Shown: piece after piece, positions 37,312-46,055 of the stretch
Numbering within the stretch: position 1 is the first letter of the stretch
How the letters are laid out: every line of letters starts with the position of its first letter
Origin: Candidatus Omnitrophota bacterium
GTDB lineage: Bacteria; Omnitrophota; Gorgyraeia; Gygaellales; Profunditerraquicolaceae
Direction: 5' to 3'
DNA: 46,396 nt
NCBI GenBank assembly: GCA_016782485.1
Contig: JADHYK010000003.1
Coordinates: 1 to 46,396 of the forward strand
Translations under genes and position numbers: made by a program
Notes under the pieces: generated by a model
The model's input: the letters and a program-made list of their open reading frames with translations, nothing else
Databases searched by the model: none
Told to the model about the DNA's origin: nothing

Positions 37312-37716
37312 TTGAAGGCCGGGTTTCCTAAAAACAAGAAAGCAGTGGCGTTATTGTTGGTTTTGGTTACCATCGTAGTTGTGGTGATATTGGCAAGCGT
37401 CGCTTTACGGCTGATCTTAAACCAATTCAGGCTTACCCATCATCAGGTAAGCCGCATACGCGCTTATTATGCCAGCTTTGCGGGGATGAATTTAGCGTTG
37501 GAAAAAATACGCCTTGGTGACTGGAGCCCTGCGTCTACGGGAGGGGCAATCAGGTACGGCTGCATAAACAGTTGTATAGACGCCAGCGCAACCTATCCCT
37601 TAATAAGAGACAGTGATATCCCATATAATGTTCAGATTGCAATTTATCCAGCAGGAAGCGGAATCAGCGGCACTAGCAAGTTAGAAATTAAATCGGATTA
37701 TACTTACCATAGATAA
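37312..37716 (+). CDS. PilX/GspK-like minor pilin
   Basis: KKAVALLLVLVTIVVVVILA class III-like N-terminus and RAYYASFAGMNLAL PilX-N-like motif. Confidence 0.65.
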   Translation: MKAGFPKNKKAVALLLVLVTIVVVVILASVALRLILNQFRLTHHQVSRIRAYYASFAGMNLALEKIRLGDWSPASTGGAIRYGCINSCIDASATYPLIRDSDIPYNVQIAIYPAGSGISGTSKLEIKSDYTYHR

Positions 37717-37782
37717 GCCCGCCCCTCATTCACAACGCAATTACCTTTTTCAAGATTACCCAATTTTCTAAATTCGCATACC

Positions 37783-37876
37783 GTCATTGCGAGGAGCCCG
37801 AGCATAGCGAGGGCGACGAAGCAATCCAACTAATGGGATTGCTTCGCCCCTCACTTTGTTCGGGGCTCGCAATGAC
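37783..37876. repeat. 94-bp REP/MITE-like palindrome
   Basis: GTCATTGCGAG/CTCGCAATGAC termini; inner CGAAGCAATCC/GGATTGCTTCG; side hairpins including TCACTTTGTTC. Confidence 0.9.
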
Positions 37877-37974
37877 AGCAGAATTATACGCCCATCAGCT
37901 ACTCGTATCTCATTATTTAGCAATAGGTAATATATCGTAAGAGTAAATCTAAGTAAGAATATTATAAAATATAC

Positions 37975-38003
37975 TTGACAAAGATGATCTATTATGTTTT
38001 AAT
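37975..38003 (+). promoter_or_regulatory. Promoter for the HTH-pil operon
   Basis: TTGACA-17-TTTAAT with an extended TG, in an AT-rich gap. Confidence 0.5.
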
Positions 38004-38064
38004 TGACTTTAAGTGCATTTAAGGATATTTATTATAATGAACGAGAAAAGATAGTGAAGGTTAT

Positions 38065-38244
38065 ATGACACAACTAATCGATATTGATGAATTAGCCGGG
38101 TATCTGAAACTAAAGCGCCAGACTATTTATAACTGGCTGCACGAAGGCAAGATTTCCGGTATGAAAGTAGGCGGGGTGTGGCGTTTTGACCGTAAGGAAA
38201 TAGATAACTGGCTTAAAAGCAGAAGGCGCCTGTCTAAAAGCTAA
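38065..38244 (+). CDS. 59-aa excisionase-like HTH_17 DNA-binding protein (not in ORF track)
   Basis: MTQLIDIDELAGYLKLKRQTIYNWLHEGKISGMKVGGVWRFDRKEIDNWL is a typical excisionase-family HTH. Confidence 0.88.
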   Translation: MTQLIDIDELAGYLKLKRQTIYNWLHEGKISGMKVGGVWRFDRKEIDNWLKSRRRLSKS

Positions 38245-38268
38245 TAATGCGCGAAAGAGGCTGGTAAA

Positions 38269-39828
38269 ATGAATTCATTGGGAATATATTTTGGGCCAAA
38301 ACTGATAATCCTTGCTGAAATTAAGGGCCGGAAATTAATAAAGAGCATTCAGATACCTCAGCCAGTAATAGCCAATGATCTGGAGGCAGGGGCCCCTCCT
38401 GAAGTAACGTTAATACAGTTAGTTGCCCTGATTAAGGATGAATTAAGAAAGAAAGAGATTGAGGCCAAAAGAATAAGCCTTTGCCTTTCGGGAAAAGACT
38501 TAATCATCAGGACCTTTGAAATCCCCTTATTACCGCGCAGCGAATTGAAAAGCGCGGTCAACTTTGAAGCCAGAAAATATATCCCCTTCAAGGGCGAAGA
38601 TATAATCTCTGATTTTCAGATAGAATTTGATAGCGTTAATAAGATTAATCGGGTTCTTTTTATAGCCATAAAGAAAGAGTCTCTGGAAAGGTATATTTCT
38701 CTTTTAGAACAGCTGGGCATTGAAATCAGCGGAATTGAATATTCGGCCTTCAGCCTGCTGAAATTATTAAAACTGGCGGGCCCCAGAGACAGTAACGTTA
38801 CCGCAGTAATCAGCGCGGATCTGCAGGGAGAAGACGAAGCCAATTTCTTAGTCCTTAAAAAAGGCTTCCCATTGTTCAGCCGTGATTTTACCATGTTCAG
38901 CGAGGCAGATTCTGTTACTAAAATTGAGGGGGCGCCGGATTCGGGTATGGCCCTGGAAAAATTCAAGACTGAAATTCGCGTTTCCCTGGATTATTTCCAT
39001 CGTAAATTCTCCGATAAAAACATCCAGAAGGTTATCCTTATTGCCAACCCCGATTATCATAACGAATTGGAAGCATTTATGAAGGAACTCAATTTGCCTG
39101 CCCAATTCCTTGATTCCAACAGGCTTAATAAAATATTAGGGGAAGTTTTTTCTTTCAAGCTGGATTTACTTAAAAGTTATTCCTCGGCATTACTGAACAT
39201 AAAGACTAAATTAAAACTGCACCTTCTGAGCGTAAGGGCAAAGACAGAAGGCGTGGAAAAGGCGCTCACTATTGATGAGCGCCTTAGAGAACTGCTTACG
39301 AACTTAAAAGTTGACCTGAGGGTAGTTTTAGCGGCAATATTAGTTTGCCTGATGACTTTCGGGGTTGGTATTTTACGCATCCTTCCTTTTAAAAAAGAAG
39401 CCAAGGATATAAAAACCATGCGCCTGAAGGCAGGCCCGATAGATTCCGCTTCCAGTTATGAAGAATTAGTTAACGTTCAGAAACAGTACCAGGATAAATT
39501 AGACGACCTGGATAAAGTTATAAAAGAACGGCTGTATCTGACAGAGGCTTTGGACACTATACCGCGCGTTACGCCTGAAGGGCTTTGGCTGGCAGAATTG
39601 CAGTATAAATGCGAGGACAACAACCAGAGAGAACTCCTGTTACAGGGTAGCTGTTATTTAGGCGAGCGCGGTAAAGAATTGGAAGTAATTGATAAATTCC
39701 TGTCCGAGCTCAGGAATAGCCCTAATTTTAAAAAGTTATTTCAGGAGGTAAAAATTATTTCTGTTGAGCGCAAGGAAACCGAGGGCAGGCAGGCATCCGA
39801 TTTTATCATTTCTGCTAAAGGTGCTTAA
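38269..39828 (+). CDS. pilM: Type IV pilus assembly PilM-PilN fusion
   Basis: FEARKYIPF PilM motif, central TM segment, PilN-like PEGLWLAEL...FLSELRNSPNF. Confidence 0.75.
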   Translation: MNSLGIYFGPKLIILAEIKGRKLIKSIQIPQPVIANDLEAGAPPEVTLIQLVALIKDELRKKEIEAKRISLCLSGKDLIIRTFEIPLLPRSELKSAVNFEARKYIPFKGEDIISDFQIEFDSVNKINRVLFIAIKKESLERYISLLEQLGIEISGIEYSAFSLLKLLKLAGPRDSNVTAVISADLQGEDEANFLVLKKGFPLFSRDFTMFSEADSVTKIEGAPDSGMALEKFKTEIRVSLDYFHRKFSDKNIQKVILIANPDYHNELEAFMKELNLPAQFLDSNRLNKILGEVFSFKLDLLKSYSSALLNIKTKLKLHLLSVRAKTEGVEKALTIDERLRELLTNLKVDLRVVLAAILVCLMTFGVGILRILPFKKEAKDIKTMRLKAGPIDSASSYEELVNVQKQYQDKLDDLDKVIKERLYLTEALDTIPRVTPEGLWLAELQYKCEDNNQRELLLQGSCYLGERGKELEVIDKFLSELRNSPNFKKLFQEVKIISVERKETEGRQASDFIISAKGA

Positions 39829-40368
39829 ATGAACGAAAAAATAGAGATTTCAGAATTAATCCATAAATATAAAAAGCCGATTCTAAACATATCTGTGATT
39901 TTAGCCGCGTTATTGATTGCCTTCAGGATCTATAGCGGCCAGGAAAAAGATATAGCCGCCTTAAAAAAACAACAAGAAGGCGAAACGGAAAAGAACCTGA
40001 TAGCGGGCAATATTGTAGGGCTGAGGGAAAAGCTAAATTCTTATAAGCAGTTTCTCAATAAAAAAGACGTATTAGAGTGTGTAAGAAAGTTAAACAATAT
40101 CGCAGCAAGATCATCGGCTAATATTATTTCTATCGTACCGCAAGGCGCAAAAGAGAATTCTTATTATACCTCCTATCCCTTTAATTTAACCATCTTGGCG
40201 AAAAATTACCATATTCTTGCTAAATTTATAAATGAATTGGAAAAAGATAGCGATATATACCTGATAAACCTGCTTACGATTATAGCGCGGGATTCCGGCG
40301 ATTTAAGCGGAGGCTACTCGGAATTAGAAGCGGAAATACAAATATCGACTATTTTATATAAAGACTGA
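39829..40368 (+). CDS. pilO: PilO-like protein
   Basis: TM segment, coiled coil and YHILAKFINELE motif; operon position. Confidence 0.7.
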   Translation: MNEKIEISELIHKYKKPILNISVILAALLIAFRIYSGQEKDIAALKKQQEGETEKNLIAGNIVGLREKLNSYKQFLNKKDVLECVRKLNNIAARSSANIISIVPQGAKENSYYTSYPFNLTILAKNYHILAKFINELEKDSDIYLINLLTIIARDSGDLSGGYSELEAEIQISTILYKD

Positions 40369-40370
40369 TT

Positions 40371-40868
40371 ATGAATAATAAATTCCGGCGCACAATATTT
40401 ATATCTCTTATAGTTTTGGCCTGTTTTTTAAATGTCGAATCGGCGTTTGCAGCTCGGCGGGCCGAAAGCTACGAGGAGTTGGTGAACATGGGGGAAGCCG
40501 GCGGTGCCAGTGTTGCGCAGGCCCCGGATTCGGCTCAAGCCTCGGATATCATAAAGCCGGCGATTGAGTATCAGGCGGATAATTTTCGCGATCCCTTTCA
40601 AAAATACGCCATAGAACCAAAAGTAAAAGTTAACCAAGGCCAGGCGGATAAAGATTTAGATAAAACTGATTCGGAATTTATAAATAGTTTAAATGTCCAG
40701 GGGATAATTTTAGGAGGCAGGTTTCCCCAGGCAATTGTTAACGATACTGTCGTAAAGGTTGGCGATACGGTCGGGGGAGCCCGCATTATCGGCATAACTA
40801 AAAAAGGAATTTCATTATTAATGCATAACCGTGTCTATACTGCAAATACACAAGGAGGCGAGAGATGA
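40371..40868 (+). CDS. PilP/GspC-like protein
   Basis: RDPF motif and VQGIILGGRFPQAIVNDTVVKVGD. Confidence 0.65.
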   Translation: MNNKFRRTIFISLIVLACFLNVESAFAARRAESYEELVNMGEAGGASVAQAPDSAQASDIIKPAIEYQADNFRDPFQKYAIEPKVKVNQGQADKDLDKTDSEFINSLNVQGIILGGRFPQAIVNDTVVKVGDTVGGARIIGITKKGISLLMHNRVYTANTQGGER

Positions 40869-42493
40869 ACAATATGGCAAAGTTTTTCGTAACTATCTCT
40901 GTTTTTATAATTTTGTTTTCCCTCTTCTTGCCGCGGCTGAATGCTTATACGCAGGATATAGAAACAATCCTCTATGACCCCCAAGTAACCATCTCTATGG
41001 ACCTTAAAGACGCCAGCTTAAAGGATATATTGAAGATATTTTCAATACAGTCCGGATTGAATTTTATCGCTTCCGAAGCGGTCCAGGATAGGAGCATAAC
41101 TTTATACCTGGACAGAGTCCCGCTTGAAGAGGCGATGAGCAAGATATTCAAGGCAAACAACCTCTCCTATGAACTGGGCGGGGATTCCAATATCCTTATC
41201 GTAAAGGACTGGGGCAAGGTGGCGATAGAAACTGTAACCCAGGTTTTTTATCTTAAATATGCCACGGTCTCAACATCGCCGTTAGAGGGCGACATAAATA
41301 ATTATATGGCCCCCTCCACGGACGAGACCGGGGCCTTTGGTCCGTTATCTTCATCTTCCACCGGCTCTTCGGCCACTACTGAGGGAGACAGCGAAGATAA
41401 GGAAAAGGACAAGGGCATCACCAAGGCGATAAGGACGCTTCTTTCCAAGGCCGGTAATATAATTGAAGACCCGCGCACAAACAGCCTGATTATTACAGAT
41501 ACCCCTAACCGTATGGAAGTTATTGCCAAGGTCATTGCTTCGCTGGATATCCCCCAACCACAGGTAATGCTTGAGGTCGAAATGCTGGATGTAAATAAAA
41601 ACGCGGTTGATAAGTTAGGGTTAAATTGGGCAGCTGCAGGTTCTTTTGCGATGACGGTTATCAGCGCAGCGAGAATGACCGGGTTTCCTCTGGGCCCGGC
41701 AGGCCATATGGGGGCCGGCCTTGCTAAAGTCACTAATGATTCCATAGTCGGTGATAGTGCCGCAAAATATAATGCCGGTGAAATAAATTTTCCCACCAAT
41801 TTTAAATGGGTCTTTGATTTCTTAAGGACACAGACCGATACCAAGATATTAGCCAGGCCCCGCCTGATGACTTTATCTAACAGAACTGCGGAAATCCAGA
41901 TTGTTACTAATGAATCTATCGGAACGGTACAGGCAGTATCCGGCGGGGGAACAGCTGCCGTTACGACTTCTACAACAGAGGCAGAAAGGTCACTAACCGG
42001 TGTTTCATTAAGGGTAACTCCACAGGTTAATGCAGAATCGGGCGAGATCACGATGTTTATTTATCCCAGCGTAAGAAATGCCACTACCAGTGTCACCTTT
42101 GCCGGCGGCACCTCTTCCGGCGGGACAGCGCTGCCGACATATAAAGACCCCGCGGAACGCACCACTAAACAGGTTGTACGTATCAAGGACGGAGAGACGG
42201 TTATTTTGGGCGGTTTGATCCGCAGGGAGATATCCGAAACCATAACAAAACTCCCCTTTCTGGGGGATATTCCTTTACTGGGCAACTTCTTCAGGCACAA
42301 ATATAAAGACAAAGACGAGGAACGGGAATTATTGGTTTTTATTACCCCCCATATTGTCAAGGATACGGACCTGAAACTTGCACAGGCACGAAACGCTACT
42401 GCGCTACCGGAAAGAGAGCAGGCTGTGGCCTTAGGCACCAATCGCGAATCCTTGATAAATTCTAATCTGAAGCGTTTTGAAAAGAAAAGATAA
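40865..42493 (+). CDS. pilQ: Secretin (PilQ/GspD family)
   Basis: ISMDLKDASL, DPRTNSLII, QVMLEVE, LRVTPQV, GETVILGGLI and LPFLGDIPLLGNFF. Confidence 0.9.
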   Translation: MNNMAKFFVTISVFIILFSLFLPRLNAYTQDIETILYDPQVTISMDLKDASLKDILKIFSIQSGLNFIASEAVQDRSITLYLDRVPLEEAMSKIFKANNLSYELGGDSNILIVKDWGKVAIETVTQVFYLKYATVSTSPLEGDINNYMAPSTDETGAFGPLSSSSTGSSATTEGDSEDKEKDKGITKAIRTLLSKAGNIIEDPRTNSLIITDTPNRMEVIAKVIASLDIPQPQVMLEVEMLDVNKNAVDKLGLNWAAAGSFAMTVISAARMTGFPLGPAGHMGAGLAKVTNDSIVGDSAAKYNAGEINFPTNFKWVFDFLRTQTDTKILARPRLMTLSNRTAEIQIVTNESIGTVQAVSGGGTAAVTTSTTEAERSLTGVSLRVTPQVNAESGEITMFIYPSVRNATTSVTFAGGTSSGGTALPTYKDPAERTTKQVVRIKDGETVILGGLIRREISETITKLPFLGDIPLLGNFFRHKYKDKDEERELLVFITPHIVKDTDLKLAQARNATALPEREQAVALGTNRESLINSNLKRFEKKR

Positions 42494-44220
42494 TGCCCGA
42501 TAACAGAGAGGGATATTTAAAATTAGGTGAAATCCTGCTTAAGGAAGGCCTGATTACTGCCAGGCAACTGGAAGAGGCGATCAGCGTTCAAAGGCAGAAA
42601 GGGGGCCGTTTAGGCGAGATCATGGTAAAATTGGGGATGATTAAGGAGGAGCAGATAGTAGGCGCTCTTGATAAGCAATTAAGCATCCCTTATTTTTCTT
42701 CAGGGACGGCAAGTTTAAAACCCGCTCCTGATCAGGGGCTGGAGCGCCTTGTCCCTCAGGAATTCGCATTCAAGAATGCAGTTATCCCCCTTTCGCGCAC
42801 TTTAAGGTCGCTGACGGTAGCCATGGCTGATCCTCTGGACCTTATCCTCATCGATAATTTAAGAAAAATAACCGGCTGCGAGATTAATCCTGTTATTGCC
42901 ACCAAATCCGATATCACCAAGGCCATCGTAGAGTTTTACGGAAAGTCGGCGATGTTTAATGAAGCGGTAGAAGCCAGTTATGCCCTTAAGCCCGTTGATA
43001 CTGCCGTCGAAGGGGAGGTATCAGTCGACCAGGAATTAAGTTTAGATAAGTTAATCGCCCGCGCCGAAGAGGCGCCGGTAGTAAAATTAGTTGACCTGAT
43101 AATACGCCAGGCAATCGATGAGCACGCCTCCGATATCCATATCGAACCTTTCAAGGATAAGATTTCTCTGCGCTACCGTATTGACGGCAAGCTTTACGAA
43201 ATCCCCCCTCCTGCAAGGCATTTGCATGTTTCGATAATCTCGCGTATAAAAATATTATCGCGTATGGATATTGCCGAGAAGCGCCTGCCTCAGGACGGTG
43301 CGTTTCTGGTAAAGATAGACGAGCGGCCCATAGACATTAGAGTTTCCACCATACCCACTATCTACGGCGAAAAGATAGTGATGAGGCTGCTGGACAGAAG
43401 CCAGGTGGTCTTAGACCTTAATTTGCTGGGTTTTGATCCCAGTCAGCTTGAATATATACGCAAAGGCATAAGCGCTCCCTATGGCCTGGTATTTTTAACC
43501 GGCCCCACCGGCAGCGGAAAAACTACAACTTTATATGCGATATTAAACGAGATAAAAGGGGCCGCCAAGAACATCATAACTATTGAGGATCCGGTGGAAT
43601 ATAAATTAGAGGGGATTAATCAGGTTCAGGTTAAGCCGGAGATCGGGCTTACCTTTGCGACGGCATTACGCAGTTTTTTAAGGCAGGACCCCGATATAAT
43701 GCTGGTAGGCGAAGTACGAGACCTTGAGACCGCACAAATCTGTATCCGCTCCGCTTTAACCGGGCACTTGGTTTTAAGCACCCTGCATACCAATGACGCC
43801 CCTTCGGCAGTAACCCGGCTTATGGATATCGGTATTGAGTCTTATATGCTTGGGCCTTCATTATTGGCCATCGTGGCACAACGCCTGGTAAGGAAGCTTT
43901 GTCCGGATTGTAAAGAAGCATATGAACCGAACCAGGAGCAGATAAAAAGCGTAAATCTTAAGGCAGAGCTGATATACCGGGCCAGGGGCTGCAGTAAGTG
44001 CAACAAGGTAGGCTATAGGGGCAGGATTTGCGTTGCCGAGGTCATGGTTATTAACGAAGAGATCCGTGATTTGATTAATCAGAAGGCTTCCTTCCAGAGA
44101 ATAAGGGAAGTAGCCAAGGCTAACGGCATGAGTACACTCTATGACTCAGCGATCAAAAAAGTAGAAAAGGGAATAACCTCGCTGGAAGAGGCTTTATCCG
44201 TCACGCTGGGAGAGGAATAA
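42493..44220 (+). CDS. pilB: PilB/GspE assembly ATPase
   Basis: MshEN-like N-terminus (KLGEILL, RLGEIMV), ASDIHIEP, GPTGSGKTTT, RQDPDIMLVGEVRD and a zinc motif. Confidence 0.93.
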   Translation: MPDNREGYLKLGEILLKEGLITARQLEEAISVQRQKGGRLGEIMVKLGMIKEEQIVGALDKQLSIPYFSSGTASLKPAPDQGLERLVPQEFAFKNAVIPLSRTLRSLTVAMADPLDLILIDNLRKITGCEINPVIATKSDITKAIVEFYGKSAMFNEAVEASYALKPVDTAVEGEVSVDQELSLDKLIARAEEAPVVKLVDLIIRQAIDEHASDIHIEPFKDKISLRYRIDGKLYEIPPPARHLHVSIISRIKILSRMDIAEKRLPQDGAFLVKIDERPIDIRVSTIPTIYGEKIVMRLLDRSQVVLDLNLLGFDPSQLEYIRKGISAPYGLVFLTGPTGSGKTTTLYAILNEIKGAAKNIITIEDPVEYKLEGINQVQVKPEIGLTFATALRSFLRQDPDIMLVGEVRDLETAQICIRSALTGHLVLSTLHTNDAPSAVTRLMDIGIESYMLGPSLLAIVAQRLVRKLCPDCKEAYEPNQEQIKSVNLKAELIYRARGCSKCNKVGYRGRICVAEVMVINEEIRDLINQKASFQRIREVAKANGMSTLYDSAIKKVEKGITSLEEALSVTLGEE

Positions 44221-44222
44221 AA

Positions 44223-45461
44223 ATGGCGAAGTTCTTTTATATAGCAAGGGATAAAGCGGGCAGGAAGGAAACCGGCGTTATAGAGGCCCCGAACCAGGAC
44301 GATGTGATCAGCCGGTTGCATGCGAAAGCATTGATTGTGATCAGCATCTTTGCTGAACACGAGCAGGCCATAACCGCCGTAGCTGCCGATGCCATAGGTA
44401 AAAAAAAACACAGGTGGAAACGTTACCGCATTACCAATGATGACCTGGTTATTTTATGCCGGCAGTTAGCCACGCTTTTGGGCGCCGGAGTCACCATACT
44501 GAAAAGCCTGGATATTATCGCACAGCAGGTAACCAGCCGCAGGCTTTATAATATAATAAAGGACCTTGAAAAAAACATGGAGGCCGGCCTTAGTTTCCAT
44601 GCTGCAGTTACAAGGCATCCGGATATATTTTCCGAGCTATGGACTAACCTTATAGAGAGCGGGGAGGCTTCAGGAAGTCTGGCGATGGTATTGAGCCGCC
44701 TGGCCGCTTATCTTGAGCGCAATGCGGCTTTTAAAAGAAAGGTTGTCTCCGCGCTCATCTATCCTGTAATACTTCTATTGGCCGGTACAGGGGCATTATT
44801 TTTTCTCACCTTTAAAATAATTCCTACCTTTGCGGAGTTATTCAAGGGGTTTGGCATTACCCTGCCGTTTTTGACGCGCCTGTTGATTGCAGGCAGCAAC
44901 TTCCTTAAAAGCAACGTACTCATAATCATCGGCCTGGTTATTTCTATTTTCTGGATTATACGTAAATACCTGAAGACAAAAATAGGACGGAGAAAGTTTG
45001 AGGAATTTGCCTTTACCTTACCGGTATTTGGGGATTTTTTCAGGGCTTTGGTTGTGGAAAGATTTTCTTCAGGAATGTCCACGCTGATTGAAAGCGGCGT
45101 ACCCATAATCTATTCTTTGCAGATAACCGAACACACCGTAGCCAATCTGGTGTTATCCGATATTGTCCGGGGGATCAAAGAGGCGGTGCGTGACGGAAAG
45201 TCGTTGAGCCAACAGCTGGAAAAAAGCGACTTCTTTGAACCGATGGTGGTGCAGATGGTAAGGATCGGCGAGGAAATCGGAGAACTGCCGGATATGTTTA
45301 AGAGAATCAATGCCTTTTATCAGGAGTACGTGGAGACCTTCCTGACCAGGGTTACCTCTATGTTTGAACCCCTGATGCTTTTATTTATGGGGGTAGTGAT
45401 CGGCATAATGATTATCGGGATGTTCTTGCCGATATTCCAGATTGCGCAGATCGGGGGATAA
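44223..45461 (+). CDS. pilC: PilC/GspF inner-membrane platform protein
   Basis: RQLATLLGAGV, GEASGSL, ALIYP and GEEIGEL. Confidence 0.92.
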   Translation: MAKFFYIARDKAGRKETGVIEAPNQDDVISRLHAKALIVISIFAEHEQAITAVAADAIGKKKHRWKRYRITNDDLVILCRQLATLLGAGVTILKSLDIIAQQVTSRRLYNIIKDLEKNMEAGLSFHAAVTRHPDIFSELWTNLIESGEASGSLAMVLSRLAAYLERNAAFKRKVVSALIYPVILLLAGTGALFFLTFKIIPTFAELFKGFGITLPFLTRLLIAGSNFLKSNVLIIIGLVISIFWIIRKYLKTKIGRRKFEEFAFTLPVFGDFFRALVVERFSSGMSTLIESGVPIIYSLQITEHTVANLVLSDIVRGIKEAVRDGKSLSQQLEKSDFFEPMVVQMVRIGEEIGELPDMFKRINAFYQEYVETFLTRVTSMFEPLMLLFMGVVIGIMIIGMFLPIFQIAQIGG

Positions 45462-45538
45462 TTTTATTTTATTGACAAATGAGTGTGCGTATGTTATTTA
45501 TAAAAGTAGTTTCATTCCGATAGATAAGAGGCGACCTA

Positions 45539-45640
45539 TATCCCTCGCATAAGCGCTTGTAGATTTCTGGCGAAATCTACTGCGCACGCTTCGGGATAAA
45601 TTCGCACATTGATCCGCCGTAGGCGGATTAAGCGCTCATT
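45539..45640 (+). repeat. Composite palindromic element (copy 6) in the pilin leader
   Basis: TATCCCTCG..GTAGATTTC tggc GAAATCTAC..TTCGGGATA plus TTCGCACATTG-ATCCGCCGTAGGCGGAT-TAAGCGCTCATT. Confidence 0.82.
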
Positions 45641-45654
45641 TAAAGGAGGAGAAA

Positions 45655-46029
45655 ATGAGAAAGGGTTTCACGTTGTTGGAGTTGTTAATTGTAATAATCA
45701 TCATAGGCTTGCTGGCATCAATAGGTATAGTGCAGTATGGAAGGGCTGTGGCAAATGCCAAGAATGCAGAGGCAAAAATGACTTTGGGGGAGATGAGGAA
45801 GGCAGCCATGGGGTATTATAGTCTAAATGCAAGTTATCCTACAGTCCTTCCCATCAGCGTTGATTTAGACAACGATGGCACTGCTGATATAGTCTTTACC
45901 GCGCCCACCGGAGGGAGCTTCACTTATAGCACTACAGCCACCTATGGACAAGCTGCAAAGGTAGGTACTCCTGCTGGTGTAAGCAACTGGAGGATAACTT
46001 ATTCTTCCGGAGCGGTCTACTCTTATTAA
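45655..46029 (+). CDS. Type IV pilin (probable major pilin)
   Basis: MRKG|FTLLELLIVIII prepilin site; strong AAAGGAGG RBS. Confidence 0.92.
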   Translation: MRKGFTLLELLIVIIIIGLLASIGIVQYGRAVANAKNAEAKMTLGEMRKAAMGYYSLNASYPTVLPISVDLDNDGTADIVFTAPTGGSFTYSTTATYGQAAKVGTPAGVSNWRITYSSGAVYSY

Positions 46030-46055
46030 CTGATTAAGTAGTGATAAATAACGGA

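Noticed and set aside
38065-38244. Excisionase-like gene as evidence of a prophage or ICE
   Set aside because: No integrase, att-like repeats, tRNA or phage genes in the window.
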